In this document: positions 1 through 15,392 of the stretch, piece after piece
Numbering within the stretch: position 1 is the stretch's first letter
Layout: each line of letters begins with the position of its first letter
From: the human T2T-CHM13v2.0 reference genome, Homo sapiens
DNA length: 64,000 nt
Direction: 5' to 3' (one strand)
Assembly (NCBI RefSeq): GCF_009914755.1
Contig: NC_060935.1
The notes under the pieces: model-generated
The model's input: only the letters and a program-made list of their open reading frames with translations
Database searches by the model: none
What the model was told of the DNA's origin: nothing
Translations under genes and position numbers: made by a program

Positions 1-1264
1 AATTCACCTCCTCCAGGAAGCCTTGCCTTTAAGAATTCAGCCTCATTGATCCTTTTTCCTTTCCTCAGATTTACTTATGTATGCACGCTTGCCTTATGAT
101 GTGCATCATTTCATACTTTAAAAAATGGTTTTAATTTTTGGCTTGTAGTTTCATCATGAAAATCTTATCTTCTCCACTGCTTATGAAATATGTAGATTTT
201 GCTTCTGGCTATGATGAAGCAGATTGTAGCAGACAAAAACTCCTGTTGAGAATAACTAGAAAAGCTTGATTTAAAAAAATCTATATGAAGGCATTGTAAG
301 TTGCCAAGGCAGCCAGGATTTCAGACATTTGTGGATTCTTGGCAAAATGAGAGTGCAGCTATTAAGAGGCAAAAACGTCAGTGGTGCTTTCTTCATGAGA
401 CTGAGGATACAAAAATTGTAGTTCAGAGCTGCCAAGGCAACCAGAACCTGAGGGTCCAAGATCCCAAAGAGAAGAGATGTATAGCCTCTTGCCCTCTCCA
501 CCTACTTCCCCGCTACCTAGCTCCCAGGGTGTTTGCTGATTGTTAACTGTGCGGGGTAAAAGGCTAAGAACCCTCACAGAAAGCTACTGAAAAGCAAGGC
601 AGACTCTAACAGTTCTCCAGTGTTGAGGAGAAAAAGTTCATGATCTTTCAAGGAAGATAGGCTCGGGAAACACTGATCTCAGTTGGATCCTTGGAGGGCT
701 ACAAACTAGGGGAGAATGAGCTGTAGAAGCTTTATACTGCAGCCGTCTTTGAGTCAGCTCATGTCATGTTTGGATTGTGAAGTGATCTGCCCCCTCATTC
801 TAACTGCCTATCAGAGAAGATGGTGGATCCTCTGTAGGAATATAACATCACCCAGGGCCTTTATAGTTTTTCATACACAATGAATGACATTCTAACAAAA
901 ACTACAGATAAACCCAGAGACCAGAAGAGGAATAAAACCAGACAGTACAGAAATAGATCCATGTGTGTCCCCATCATCTAATTAGTTAATCAATCTTTAT
1001 TTGAAGGACATTTAGGTTGTTCCCAGTCTTTAGTATGGCGAGTAATCAGCAGTGAACATTCTTGTATGTATATATTTGTACACATATATATCTTTAAGAT
1101 AAAGCATAGCTTTGCTAACTCTGGTCTTATGAAACTTTTTGTTCTTTACCAACTTGATACAAAAGTGTTTTGTTCTTAGTTTTTATTTTTCTATACTATG
1201 AACTGCCTATGCATGTCCTTTATCCATTGTTGTATGGGGTTGTTAGGCTCATACATATATATAA

Positions 1265-1490
1265 GGCATAGTGGGTAAGTGCACAGGCAGACCCTGGATC
1301 TAGATTGCTTGTGTTAAATCATAGCTCTTTCACTTACAGCAGTGGTAGCCTTAGCAAATGAAACTCTGTGTACCTCAGTTTCCTCATCTGTAAAATGTGG
1401 ATAACCATAGCACCTTCCCATAGAGTCATTATGAAGTTGAGTTAGTTAATATTCAGGGCATAGAAGTGGGCCTGGCATGCTACATAACTG
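1265..1490 (+). mobile_element. MIR SINE
   Basis: Core ctctgtgtacctcagtttcctcatctgtaaaatg. Confidence 0.8.
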
Positions 1491-1830
1491 CCAACCACTG
1501 TAATGATGCTACTGGTGGTGGTAGAGATGGAAATTAGCCTTTTATTATATGTGTGGCAAGTACTTTTTCCAAGTTCATCTTTTGGCTTTGTTTTATTATC
1601 TTACGCTTTGTACAAATTTAAACTGAGTTTTAAGGATGAGTTGTTTTTAGCTTCCTATGAAGCGGCTGGTGGAGAGTTAAGTGTGGAAAGTGAGGGCATT
1701 TCAGGCAGAGGCATAGAGGCAGAAATAGCATGGTTTAGGGCAAGAATCATAGTTGTTGATGGAATGTAAAATAGGCAGGGCATGAAGTGGTATGAAGATG
1801 AAGAGGTAGGCAGATCCACGTCATATAGAT

Positions 1831-2128
1831 CGGGGTCCCCAACCCCTGGGCTGCGGACTGGTACCAGTCCATGGCCTATTAGGAACACGGCCACACAGCA
1901 AATGAGTGGCAGCATTAGATTCTCATAGGAGCATGAACCCTATTGTGAACTGTGCATGCAAGGGATCTAGGTAGGCTGTGCTGTCCTATGACAAGCTAAT
2001 ACCTGATGATCTGAGGTGGAACAGTTTCATCTCAACCATCTGCTCCCCCCGCAACCCCTACACCAGTCAGTGGAAAAACTGTCTTCCAGAAAACTGGTCC
2101 CTTGTGCCAGAAAGGCTGGGGACCACTG
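1831..2128 (+). mobile_element. MER1B-like hAT-Charlie non-autonomous DNA transposon
   Basis: TIRs cggggtccccaacc ... ggctggggaccactg; 8-bp TSD atatagat/atatggat; internal agcattagattctcataggagc. Confidence 0.85.
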
Positions 2129-3844
2129 ATATGGATGGCCCCTTATGGCATGTTGAAATATAAGTGGTATAGCATCAACTCTTCTGATTACAGAAAATTG
2201 TCTCTGTGTATTTAAAGAAAACACATTAGTCCTCAGTTAACCATTTTATAACATATTAGTATAACTATATTATATATAACTATATATTTGTGTAGTGCTA
2301 AATAATTTGGCAAACAGCAGTTTACAAGCTTTTGAATTCATCATTAATTTAATCTTGTCTATAGTTCTGATATATGGTTGTATTATTACCAAGTTACACA
2401 TGAGGAAATTCATGTGCAAAGAGGTTTTTTTTTTTTTTTTTTAATTTGTTCAAAGACAAATAGCTAGTAAGTGGGACTATTCAAATGAGTGTCTTGGTCT
2501 TGGGACTCAGTAAGTCCAAAATTCTTTTTCATTCTGCTGCACTCAGAAAATGAATGTACAGGGGTAAAAACTCACGCATACTCAGGTACCAAGGGATGCT
2601 TTCCTTTGGATTTGAGTTTTTGGGATAGCATCTTCCCATCACAGTTGAGTGAGGTTCTTTTTTAAATTTTGCATTGAGTGTGGATGCTTTGGCAATGACA
2701 CTTCATTCCTGATGGTTTAATGCAATTAGCAACATGCCTATCTTGTAGTTTGTTTTGTTTTTTTTTTTGCCTTTATTAATAAGCAATCACTCTGGCTGAG
2801 AGAAAATCCTTTTTCAGGAAGGATCTTCAGGGAACTATAGCTGTTCCTGTAATTCACATAAGATTCATTTTAGGTCACTGGCCACAGGTGCATGTCATTC
2901 TTAAGGCATCATATCCTTAGAGCGTTGCTCTTCCTGTTAAGTATAGTAATAGTCAAAGGATAGGCATTAAGAAAGTACTTCAACCATTAGATTCATTTAT
3001 GAATGCTAAGATATTCAGTATCTCAGTGACACCTGAAGTAGTTTCCAGCATTTCTGTTCTGTGAGGTGAAGGAAGGGTGAGTTATTGCTTCAGTGCTACT
3101 AAACACTTAAAAATCCCTGTAAAAGCTGGTAGAAGGATTGGTAGCTTTGTGACTAACTCCTCTGGACTGAGGAAGATGATGTTGCCTTTCCTGGTTCTGA
3201 CTTGACATCTTGTTGCTCTGCTTTGTGGTGGGGTAGTATTGCTTTCATTTCACCCACAATTTCCTCTTTTCGGGTGGAGGAAGCTGACATGTGACCCCAG
3301 GAAGGAAAGGGAAGTAAAGAGAAAATTAAGAAAAGTAAAGTCTCACATCAGCAGTAACAATTGTTTTATTGTATGTGATTGTTCTTTATTAAAAATCTGG
3401 GAAACTGAAAGGTTCATAATAACTGTCTTGGCATAATTGATACTGTTGAATGCATACATGTTCTCCATTCATCTTTAAGAGATGTTATGAGACTTTGATT
3501 TAAAAGGGGGAGATCTTCATTTTTCTGGCCTTTTCCTGGTTCCTTTCTCATAATAGTCCAGGTAGATTGAAACACCACATTTCACAAGGCTTCAAATAAA
3601 TTATTTTGATGTTATACATACTCTTAATATTAAGTTTGAAATCCTAATAGCATTTTACCTATAATATTATACTTTAATGGAGATTTAAAAAATTTAGAGA
3701 AACATATTGAGTAGGAAATAAAAGTGAAATCAAAGTATTGTTACTGAATCACTAACTTTAGAAGTTATCTGATGTGTTGCCTTCATTTCTGAGATTGAAA
3801 CTATGATCTAAAGAGATTTTCAGTTCATGACATGTGTTGTATGT

Positions 3845-4428
3845 GTGTGTTGGGAGGTCTCCAAGACCACCCACAGGTTCACTGATTTGCTAGGGGGACT
3901 TAAAGGACTCAATACGTAGTTGTATTCTGTGCTGTGATTTATTACAGTGAAAAGACACCGAGCAAAATCAGTAGAGGGAGAAGGTGTGTGGGACAAAGTC
4001 TGGGGAAAACCCATCACAAGCTTCTGAAGTCCTCTCTCAGTGGAGGCACACAAGGTGTGCTTAATACCCTAGCGAGGAGTTGTGACAACGTGTGAAATGT
4101 TCTCAACCAGGGAAACTCGTTAGAGACTTAGTGATTGGGGTTTATATTAGCTGATCACATAGGCACCCTCTACCTAGCATGTGCTAGAATTTCAGATTCC
4201 CCGCAGGAAAGCAGATGTTTGGCATAATTATATTGTTTCTGTAGTTTAGGTACAGTGAACAACTCATCAGTTAAGGAGGGTGGGAACCCTCCTAACATCC
4301 AAGTTTCTAGGCACCAGCCAAGGGCAAGCCTTGGAAGCAGGCCTTTTTAAGGATAGACATCTTCTCCCACTGATGTGTTAGAAAGAAAGAAAAGGATAGA
4401 CAGGCCTGCTGTGTCAACTCTTTGCTGT
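3845..4428 (-). mobile_element. MER21/MER77-like ERVL-class solo LTR
   Basis: ctccaagaccacccacaggttcactgatttgctagg...gatttattacag...agcaaaatcag resembles the reversed 3' end of this LTR group. Minus-strand AATAAA near 3938. Confidence 0.6.
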
Positions 4429-4672
4429 GTATGTGTACGTGTACATGTGTGCACTTGTGCATATGCATGCATGCAACATTTAGCATAGAGTGTGCTTTTC
4501 ATTAAACGTTAGCTGTTTTTACTTATTTATTATGGGGATTCTTCATTGGTTACTACTACTGTTACTTTTAATTGTGCTCTTCCGCATTCCTATGAGGTAG
4601 CTTGGCCGGTATTTTGATCCCCATTTGATAGACAGGAAGACTAAGGCAAAGAGAAGCTTCAACATGTATTTT

Positions 4673-4850
4673 TATATATATATATATGATATATATATAT
4701 GATATATATATGATATATATATATGATATATATATGTTATATATATTATATATATGTTATATATGTTAGATATATATATGTTATATATATTAGATATATA
4801 TATGTTATATATATTAGAGATATATATATATGTTATATATATTATATATA
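4673..4850. repeat. Interrupted (TA)n micro/minisatellite, about 180 bp
   Basis: Arrays of tgatatatata and tgttatatatattagatatata units. Confidence 0.95.
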
Positions 4851-5431
4851 AAATTTCCCAAGGCTCCATCATTCAAGTTTTGACATTTCTAAATACTCTC
4901 GCTTAATTGACAGAGCAGGTATCTGAACCTAATGTTACGTTCTTTTTGCAAGCCCACAAAAAAAAAGTGAGGATTTTTTTTTTCCTTCTTAGCATTTTTA
5001 GAGGGTACAGCTAAGATAGAACGTAGGATTAAATGTTTAAGTTAATATCACTTTGGACCAATTCACAACCTTTTATGCTTAACTGTTTTAGTATTCAAGA
5101 AGTACTTTACTTTCTATGTAATTTTTGAGCTTTTGGGCACGGTGTCATTTAATATAGCACAGTCCTGTTGGGGCAAAAAATGATCCTTAAAGCATTAAAC
5201 ATTGTTCATCTTAATCCAACTAAACTGATTAATATCAGTACTAATTTTGGTGACTGTAAATTAGTACCCTACCTCTACCCCTGCACATCACCTTTTGCAG
5301 TCAAACAAGCCAGAGGCATAGTAAGATTTCAGTCATTATGCTGAGTTCCTCCTTGGTCTTATATGAACTTTGAGATTTCTTAATATCCCAAAGTGAATTT
5401 AACTTTTCATGTAATATATGTATCAAAGTAG

Positions 5432-5755
<324 letters not shown>

Positions 5756-5760
5756 TGTTT

Positions 5761-6113
<353 letters not shown>

Positions 6114-6659
6114 TAAATTGAACCAAACCACAATTTAAAGAATGCTGTCCCACCAGTACCAGAGACAATTTTATACTCAGTAAATTCTGCTGCATGCCAC
6201 TCTACTGGCTAAAATAGTTTGCAAAGTGTTTTTACTCATATTGCACTCATCTGATCCTTATAATAACCTGTGATGATGGGTATTCTGATTTTACAGAAGA
6301 GGAAGTTGAGACTGACTTATCCAAGGCTCTCAACCTTCTAAGTTGGGGATCAGGCTTACTGTGTAAAAAATGAAAATGTTAAGCTCTTGAAACATTTTGT
6401 ACTAAATATCAGTGAAGTATTTTGGAGAAAGCAAATTCTCCAACAGTAAGTGAAAATTACCATTTCTACCAGGCTATTGCTAAAATATTTTTGGTTTCTT
6501 GTGTTGGATAGTATACTTATTTATAAGCCTGAATAAGATTATGCTCCTTATGTTGCTTCTCAAATAAAAATAAAGATTTAGAATTTTTAAAAAGCAGATC
6601 TGAGAAGAATCTTATGCATTCTACCAGAAGAAAATATGATGGAATTTGTTATTGTATCT

Positions 6660-7390
6660 TGGCCTAAAGGAAAGTCTTTCCAAACATAATAAAAAACGCA
6701 GAAGCCATAAAAGAAAAGTTTGATTAATATAACTACATAAAAATAACCACTATAAACAAAGTCAACACAATTGATACACCGGGAAGAGTATTGCTAGTCA
6801 TGTAACATAAAGCTAATTTTTCTTAACAAATCAAGAAGAAAAAGTTAATACAAGTAGGAGTAAGGAAATGCATATGCATTTCATATCAAAGGAAATGCAA
6901 ATTACTCTTAACCATATAAAAACACTCAATTTCACTCATAAAATATAAGCATATAAAATGCAAAATTTCATCTGTTAGATTAGCAAAGCGAAAAGGTTTC
7001 AGCACTCATGGTGTTGGAAAAGATGTGAGTAGATCGGCTTCTTGGGAGGCTTAAGGCAGAGGGATCTCTTGAGGCTGGGAGTTTGAGGCCATAGGTCACT
7101 ATGATTATGCCTGTGAATAGCCACTGCACTCCCTCCTGGGCAACACTGTGAGACCTCATCTCTAAAAAAAGTGAAAAAGAGGTGTGAGGAAATGGCACTC
7201 CCATGCATTGCTGGCGGGACTATAAATTGATATAGGCTTCATGACAGAGGGGCAATTTGGTGTTCCTCTCAAAAAGCATGTATCCTTTGACCCAGGGGTT
7301 CTGATTCTAGCAATTTATCCTATGGGTACATCTGCAGACATGTAAAATGATATATATGCAAGATATTCATTACAGCATTCTTTCAATAGT
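6660..7390 (+). mobile_element. Old L1M 3' fragment interrupted by an Alu monomer (about 7040-7170)
   Basis: gcagaagccataaaagaaaag...; tcctttgacccag...attctagcaatttatcct. Confidence 0.65.
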
Positions 7391-7820
7391 CTCTGGAGAT
7401 TTAAACTCACCTTGTTGCCTGTATTTAGAACTTTTTATTCTTAATATAATTTTATCTTCTCTCTTTTTTTTCTTAATCAGTTTTACTAGAGACTGATTTA
7501 TTGGTTATTTCAAGGTACCATGTAAAAAATTGAATCAGCTAGGGTTGTTAGTTGCAATCGACAGAAATCTACTCTGGCAAATTTAATCAGAAAAGGAATT
7601 TATTGAAAAAGAATATTAGCCCAAAATTACCACCTTGGTAGGTAGAAAACTAGGCTTGGAAAATGGCATCCAGGATCAAAGAGCAAAGTCTGTGTAATAC
7701 AAATTCTTTGAAATTTTTTGAAGCATCTTTATGACCTAATGTATCATCAATATTTTAAATTGTTTGCCTTAAGAGATATGTATTCTATTCATTGGGGGTT
7801 TATATATACATAAACATAAA

Positions 7821-7841
7821 CACACACACACACACACACAC
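7821..7841. repeat. (CA)n microsatellite
   Basis: Directly visible. Confidence 0.95.
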
Positions 7842-7904
7842 GACCACATTAATTTTATTGTTCAATTTTTCTGTATTTTTGCCACCTTTTGGTCTGCCCG
7901 ATCC

Positions 7905-8204
<300 letters not shown>

Positions 8205-9142
8205 GATCTATCTGTTTTTAATTGCAGTGTGTTAAAAAATTTCTTACATTAATTTTTGATTAATTTCTCCATATAGCCTTATTAATTTTTGCTGTATTGT
8301 AGGTTCATACAGGTTTTATTGTTACATCTTCTTGATGGGTTGCTCTTGTTTTAAAAAAAGATAGTAAGGAAGACTTTATTCAAGGAGGGCCACTATAATG
8401 GGGTTTGTAAAAGGGGAGAGAGTGGGCTCAACTCTAGATGGGTTGCCTTTTTAATCATTATGTATTTCCTTCTTGATTCCTGTTAAAGCTTTTCTCCCTG
8501 CTTCGCCATGCACTAGCTCTGTAACCTTGGGCTAAGTCATTTAATCCTTCAGTTTTCTTATTGTAAAATGGGCATAATACCTACCTTATCAAGTGGGTGA
8601 AGGTGATGGAATGTTTGCCTTCCAAACCTAGGGTCTAACAATTCCGTAGTGGTTGGAAAAGGTTTATGTTACTGTTTTCTATATTTGCCTTAGGTCCAGT
8701 GTTTCTATCTAAATATCTTCTACCTTACTCAGTATATTAATTAAGAGTCTTTCTAAAATAGTTGATTCCTCTGTGAGGGAAATGCAGGGAAAAAAATAAG
8801 ATAGTTGAGACAACTGAAAAAGGACAAAAGGCAACTTTTTGGGGAGACTATTTTCTATAACAAGCATTTATCAACCTCAGTGGGATGTAGATTTATTAGT
8901 AAGTCTTAAAAATTAATATATATTTAGACCACCAAATATACATTGAGGGTATAAAGAAGTGTCAGAAGGAGACAGAAGTGTATACTTTCCTCTACCTTTT
9001 TGATAGTATTTAAGACTTAGCGTTTATTCTGTTCTTAGCTTTGATTTTTATCATCTATTTATATAACCCACATGTATTGTGCCTCCTGTGGGTCTTCCTA
9101 GAAAGTCATCTTAAAAAGTATTTTCTTTTCCCTTTCTTTCAG

Positions 9143-9216
9143 ACTTTATATTCAGAGCACCAATCAAATTAAGCAAGCCTGGGGAACTTCGTGAGGAATA
9201 TGAAAGCTTGAGAAAG
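9143..9216 (+). CDS. RNF169: RNF169 internal coding exon (exon 2), 74 nt: (D)FIFRAPIKLSKPGELREEYESLRK
   Basis: Polypyrimidine tract plus AG at 9141-9142, AAG|gtat donor at 9217. Peptide matches recalled RNF169 (SKPGELREEYE, shared with RNF168). Joins in frame (phase 0) to 29701. Confidence 0.95.
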
Positions 9217-9969
9217 GTATAGTATTATCATGTCATTCATTTTCTTAAAGTAGATTGAAATAATGACATTAAAGAATGCTTAGTGGGAGTTTTGACCAGG
9301 TTTTAAAAAATTTATAATGCAGAGCCTTTCTTCACACTGCCTTATACCAGCCTAGTTAGATTTGGAGCTATAATGGCAGCAGAGCAAACCTTAACCCAAG
9401 ATTCCCTTTTTAGTTGTCTTTTCAAAGATGAAGACGTAGTTCACAGAGCCTGTCACATGCCAGCTGCAGTAACTGGCCACCAGAGAAGTATTCTTGGTAC
9501 TTTTAACAGGTGCCCTTGCTAATAATTGCTTGTATTATTTTTCTTTATCTCACAAGTTTCTTCTAATTACATGTAGCTGGTGTTATCCATTATTGCTCAC
9601 TCCATTAAATACTCCAAAAGAACTGTCTTGTAGGTCAGTAAGGAGATAGTGAAATAATTTCCTAGTTAGAAAACAATTACCATTGGGAAAGCTTTTATCT
9701 GTGTCCATATCATCTTATTTATGATGTTTTCAAACTAATTGTCTGGGAATCACCTAGAGAATTAAGACTTAAAAAAGGCTGGTAATAAGAAGTATGTTGC
9801 TAGATAGTGTCATTCTTTCCCAGCCCTCTCCCTGCACCATCATTCCTCACTCAGCTTTATAATTGATTAATCATTCTACATATGGGCATCTAATATTTTA
9901 TAAATGTAAGTGATCCACTTAATCTGGATCAAGCATCATCATAAGATAGAGGTGAAACAATAATGCTAT

Positions 9970-11493
9970 TGTCACAGGATCCTTGGGGTGTCGCTTTGCC
10001 AGCTGGAAACCTCTGTGGCTGGTGGTGCCTTTGCCCAAGTTTTGCTTGGGCCTGCTGGGCTCATTCTGCCCACTTATCCTGGCAGGCTGTGCTCAGCTCG
10101 CACTACCAGCCTGGATCTCACACCTGCTAAAGGCGAGCCAGGTGCAGAGGGGAGGGGTGTGTGAGCAAGGGAGCATGGGGTCCAGCTGCTGTGCCTTGCT
10201 GTGGCTGGGTGGGGAGCTCCAGGTGCTGGCATGGGCACTGGCTCCTGTGAGGCTGTGGCTGGACCAGGACTACTGCAAGTGGCTTCCACTGCTGGCACTG
10301 GGGAACGTGGTAGTGACTGGAAGCTTGGAGATGCCAGGAACTGCATAGCCCCAAAGAGGGTGTCACAGCCCTGGCTTGGGAGCACCTCAGTCTGGGCTCC
10401 CTGAAGGGCTGCAGCTCTTCTCTCTTTTCTTGTTGCCCACAACATGGTGAGTGAGGGACGTGTTTCAGCCGTTTGTGTTATAGCTGTTTCTATCCTGCCA
10501 TTCGGCGGGTCCCAAGTTCTTGTCCTGTGTCCAGAAAGAAAGAGGTACGTGGACAACTGGAGGGTGAGTACAGCGAAGAGAAGCTTTATTGAGTGACAGT
10601 ACAGCTCTCAAGAGACTGAAGTGGGTAGCTGCTTTCCACAGGCAGGTCGTCCGGACATCTACTCAGCTCTCAGCTGAGAGGAGATCCACAGTGGGTAGCT
10701 CCCCTACACAGGCAGGTCATCCCCATGTCTGCCGGAGTCTGGCTGAGTCCAGGGCTTTTATGGGCTTCAGAGGGGAGGAAGTGCATACTGATTGGTCCAT
10801 GGGCAGGCCTGGAAAAAGCACTGTAAGTTCTCACTCCAGTCTGCAGAACTGGCAGCCCAGCCCCTGGCTTCAGGTCATCCCCAGCTTGAAGGTGGATCTG
10901 CCCCTTTCTGCCCAGGAGCCTGTCTACTTCCTGTCACCATCAACCTGCCCTGTACAGTACCCACAGTGCCCAGGCTGTGCCATGGGGCACCTGCAGGCCT
11001 GTGCCAAGCTGCTCTCAGCACCCCCACAGCCTTCCTCCTGTCCTCTGGGGTGCCCAAAGTCTGGAGGGGGCCGAGGTGGCAGGGCGCTGCCATGTCAGCA
11101 TCACCATGAGTCTGCTCTCACCCAGCTGGGTAGTGACAGTGCCTCCCTTGGTCACAACTTTCCTTTGAAATCGGCATGGGTGCTGGGAGTGGGAAGAGGC
11201 CAGGCAGTGGGAGCAGGCACTTCCGAGCCTGTGAGAGTGGGGGATGGAGGTAGGGGCGCATCCTGGGCCCCCAAGAGCACAGGGATGCCTGTAGCCATGG
11301 CTGGGTGGCTACAGCTACACCCAGCATGGGAGGGATCCCACCTCTTCAACTTGTAAGAGGGCATGGCTCCTACCTGTTCCTGGCTCCAGCTGACACCTGC
11401 CGGCTCCGTGGAGCGTACAGCCCCAGCTGTGCCTTTCCCACTGCAGCTGGCATCTTCACAGTGCCCACTCCAGGCAGGCTGCTGCTGCCATCA
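9970..11493 (-). mobile_element. MER52-family (ERV1) solo LTR, about 1.5 kb, GC-rich
   Basis: The - strand begins TGATGGCAGCAGC and ends ...CCCCAAGGATCCTGTGACA (TG..CA); 4-bp TSD ctat/ctgt. Minus-strand CCAAT 10791, ATAAAA 10756, AATAAA 10585. Confidence 0.85.
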
Positions 11494-11877
11494 CTGTTGT
11501 GGTATATTTCACTGAATGAAAAATCAGTGTTTAACAAGGTCACATTAAAGAGAAAAGATCATAGGAAACTGTGGCTAGTTACTATATATTCTCTGATCTT
11601 TGCTTGTAAATGAGGGTGTCAGATGTTGACCTGAATCTTCGTGCTTCATTTATATTGGCATTGTGAGGTTTTTGTCTCTTTTAAAACTACTTACAAAGTT
11701 TTTTTTTCTGTTGAAAAATTATTTTCAGGGACCACATAAAAAGAACAGGTTCTTAAATAAAATTTCAGAATGTACACATACAATATTTACTTCTAATAGA
11801 TCTTTTTAGACATTTTGAAAATGTGGAAATTTTGAAGCTATCAGCTGGAAGGTAATCTTAGAGAAAACAAGGAGTAG

Positions 11878-12216
<339 letters not shown>

Positions 12217-12529
12217 AAGAGTAGGGGTTTTTATAAACCTTGGGAGAGAGAAGGAAACCTTGAGGAACTGTCATTTGTGTTCCTGTTAGAGGAGAGGTAT
12301 GGGACAGTGGTTTTAAAAGGGGCTGATGCCATAATGTTTTTGAGTGAAGCTAGGATAATCTCATTGTGTATAAACTGGATTGGATTTGAGAAACACTCAT
12401 CTATATCATTTGGCTTAAATAAAAGTTAGCTACCGGTCCATCTCACCCACCCCAAGTACCCAAGTTATCCTACATCCATTGTACAACCTGGAAAATGGAA
12501 GTCTAAGCCATAACATTAAAAGGCACTAG

Positions 12530-12810
12530 TATGGCATATCCATACAATGGCATACTATTCAGCAATAAAAAGGAGTGAACCACTGATACATGCTACCACA
12601 TGGGTGAACCTCAAAAAGATGGTAAGTGAAAGAAGCCAGATCTAAGAGATTATATGTTGTGATTCCATTTATAGAAAATGGCCAGAATAGACAAATAGTA
12701 GTGACAGATAGTAGATTAGTGGTCGATTGGGATAGGGTATGGGAACAGGGATTAGCAGTAAATGGGAATGAAGGATTTTATTGAAGTGATATAGTGATTT
12801 CTAAAACAGA
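12530..12810 (+). mobile_element. L1M(E/C) 3' end fragment
   Basis: catacaatgg...tactattcagcaataaaaagga...agtgaaagaagccaga. Confidence 0.75.
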
Positions 12811-14354
12811 TCTCAGTAGATCTTCAAAAGTTTCTACTGAGCAAAGGAAGATAAGTGGAAATTAATTCTACACAACTCATTATTACTAATTTGATGTGTG
12901 ATATGCTACTAATATACTTTTCACTTAGTATACTCTATTACTTTAAGTGACAGTAAAAACCTCTATAAAGGCTGTAAAAAGTTAACAAGAATTTTTATTC
13001 CTCTAATTCTAGTTCTTTTAAAAGGTATTACTTTATTTAAAAATCCTAGATTCTATTACCTGTGGGAGATTTGGGAACACACCAGGCTGGGGTAAGGGAC
13101 TACTGTAGAACAGTACTGAACCAAGACTGAGGGGCCTACTAAGGACAGGGAGCTGTGTTCTTAACATCCTTTCTAGCCAGAGGCTTTTGAGTTGGTATGC
13201 TTACTGAGGTCACTATGAGTTTCTAAATTTTATCATTCTGTGAATAAGCTTATATTTCTAAATATATTTAGATTTTTTTCTTTCTGCATGTGTTGTAGTT
13301 AGTTGTCTTTTTTTAACATAAGAAAAATAACGCAAAAATGATTAGAGCAAAATATGAAAGTCCCTTTTTACCTTTCTTCCCACTGTCCTTCCCAGAAGTA
13401 CCTAGAATCAATAGTTTAGTGTTTATCTTAGACCCCTTATATGCTTACTTATGCATGCAGACACATACATAAACACTTTAGTCTTCTGTATAAATGAGAT
13501 CATGATATATATATATTCATTGGTTAATGAAATATTTATTGTGCCCCTAGTATGTGCTAGGCACTGGGGATATCACAGACTCCTCTAGCTACTAGGGAGG
13601 CTGGAAAGCATAGTGTTTTAGCTAGGAACATTAACTTTCTAAGTAAAATCAGGGTTCTCTTAGTAAGGAAGGAGAAAATGGATATTGGATTGGCAACTAG
13701 CTGCCTCTGTCTCCTGGGACAACAATGGCAATAAGACTAGTTAGGACACTTTGAGAGTAAGCAATATGTTGGGTTTAATTGGGCTTGGGATTTTGTCAGA
13801 AGTGTGATGGAGAGATGCAGTAGATGCACTTGGAGGTGTATACAAGGAAGTTGTTACAGTTTTGGATGATGGATCTAGGTTAAGGGGAAAATTGAGGACA
13901 TGAAGGATGTGATAGTGAAAGAGTTAGTTGTAGGGTCAATGGATCGGAAACTTTGATGGTGAAAATTGTAAAAGTAGGATTGCTAGCATATATAAATAAA
14001 GCTGGAAAGCTAGGAAGTGGTGGTCTCAATATAAAAGGCTTAAATGTGAGCCTTGGGAGATAGTTTAGTTATGGATATCACAAAGTTTAGGGTATGACCA
14101 TGGAGTAGATAGCTGAAATAGGATGGAGAAAAAGATGTATTTAAGGAGGAGGTGAAGGAACTGAGAGAGTATGCCAATATTGAGACCTTCAGGAATGATC
14201 ACTGGAGTAGTTGGAGAGAAATTAAAATTTAAGTGCCAAGTTTTTCTGTGAATGAAGGAGAGTGACAGAGAGGGGTCATGAGTGTTATAGTCTAAGGCTA
14301 AATACTTCAGAGAAGCTAGGTTGTTTGTTTGAAGAGAGATATTCTCTCTCTCTT

Positions 14355-14622
14355 ACCCAGCCTGGAGTGCAGTGTTGGAATCGTAGCTCATTGCACTCTT
14401 GGATCCTGGGCTCTTAAGTGATCCACTTGCCTCAGCTTCCTGAGTAGCTGAAAGTATAGGAGCACACCACCATGACTGGATACTTGAAAAGTTTTTATTT
14501 CTGTAGAGATGAGGGTCTTGCTGTGTTGTCCAGGCTGGTCTTGAACTGCTGGGCTCAAACAATCCTCCTGCCTCTTCCTCCCAAAGTGTCAGGATAACAG
14601 GTGTGAGCCACCACGCTTGGCC
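14355..14622 (-). mobile_element. AluJ
   Basis: Degenerate dimer with ctgggctcaa J-type motif. Confidence 0.85.
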
Positions 14623-14730
14623 GGAAGGAAGGATTTTTGAGAAATAATACAATCTATTTGGTGACTTCCTTTTTCCACTGAACAGCATATTTTTTTGGGT
14701 GGGGGGGTGGTGTGTATGTTTTTAATGTAG

Positions 14731-14985
<255 letters not shown>

Positions 14986-15069
14986 CGTTTCCCCCAGTTT
15001 TAAAGGAATGCTGTGCTGAGCACCCACAAACATATGTGGGCAAATACAATCCCTTCAGTTAAATTCTTA

Positions 15070-15392
<323 letters not shown>

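Noticed and set aside
200-960. Repeated gccaaggca.ccag motif and short ORFs at the window start
   Set aside because: Probably a very old L1 5' region. I could not assign it confidently, and there is no splice or coding support.
10589-11356. 255-aa ORF and several overlapping 100-160-aa ORFs
   Set aside because: Entirely within the GC-rich MER52 LTR. Non-ATG start, no domain-like features, and stop-poor because of base composition.
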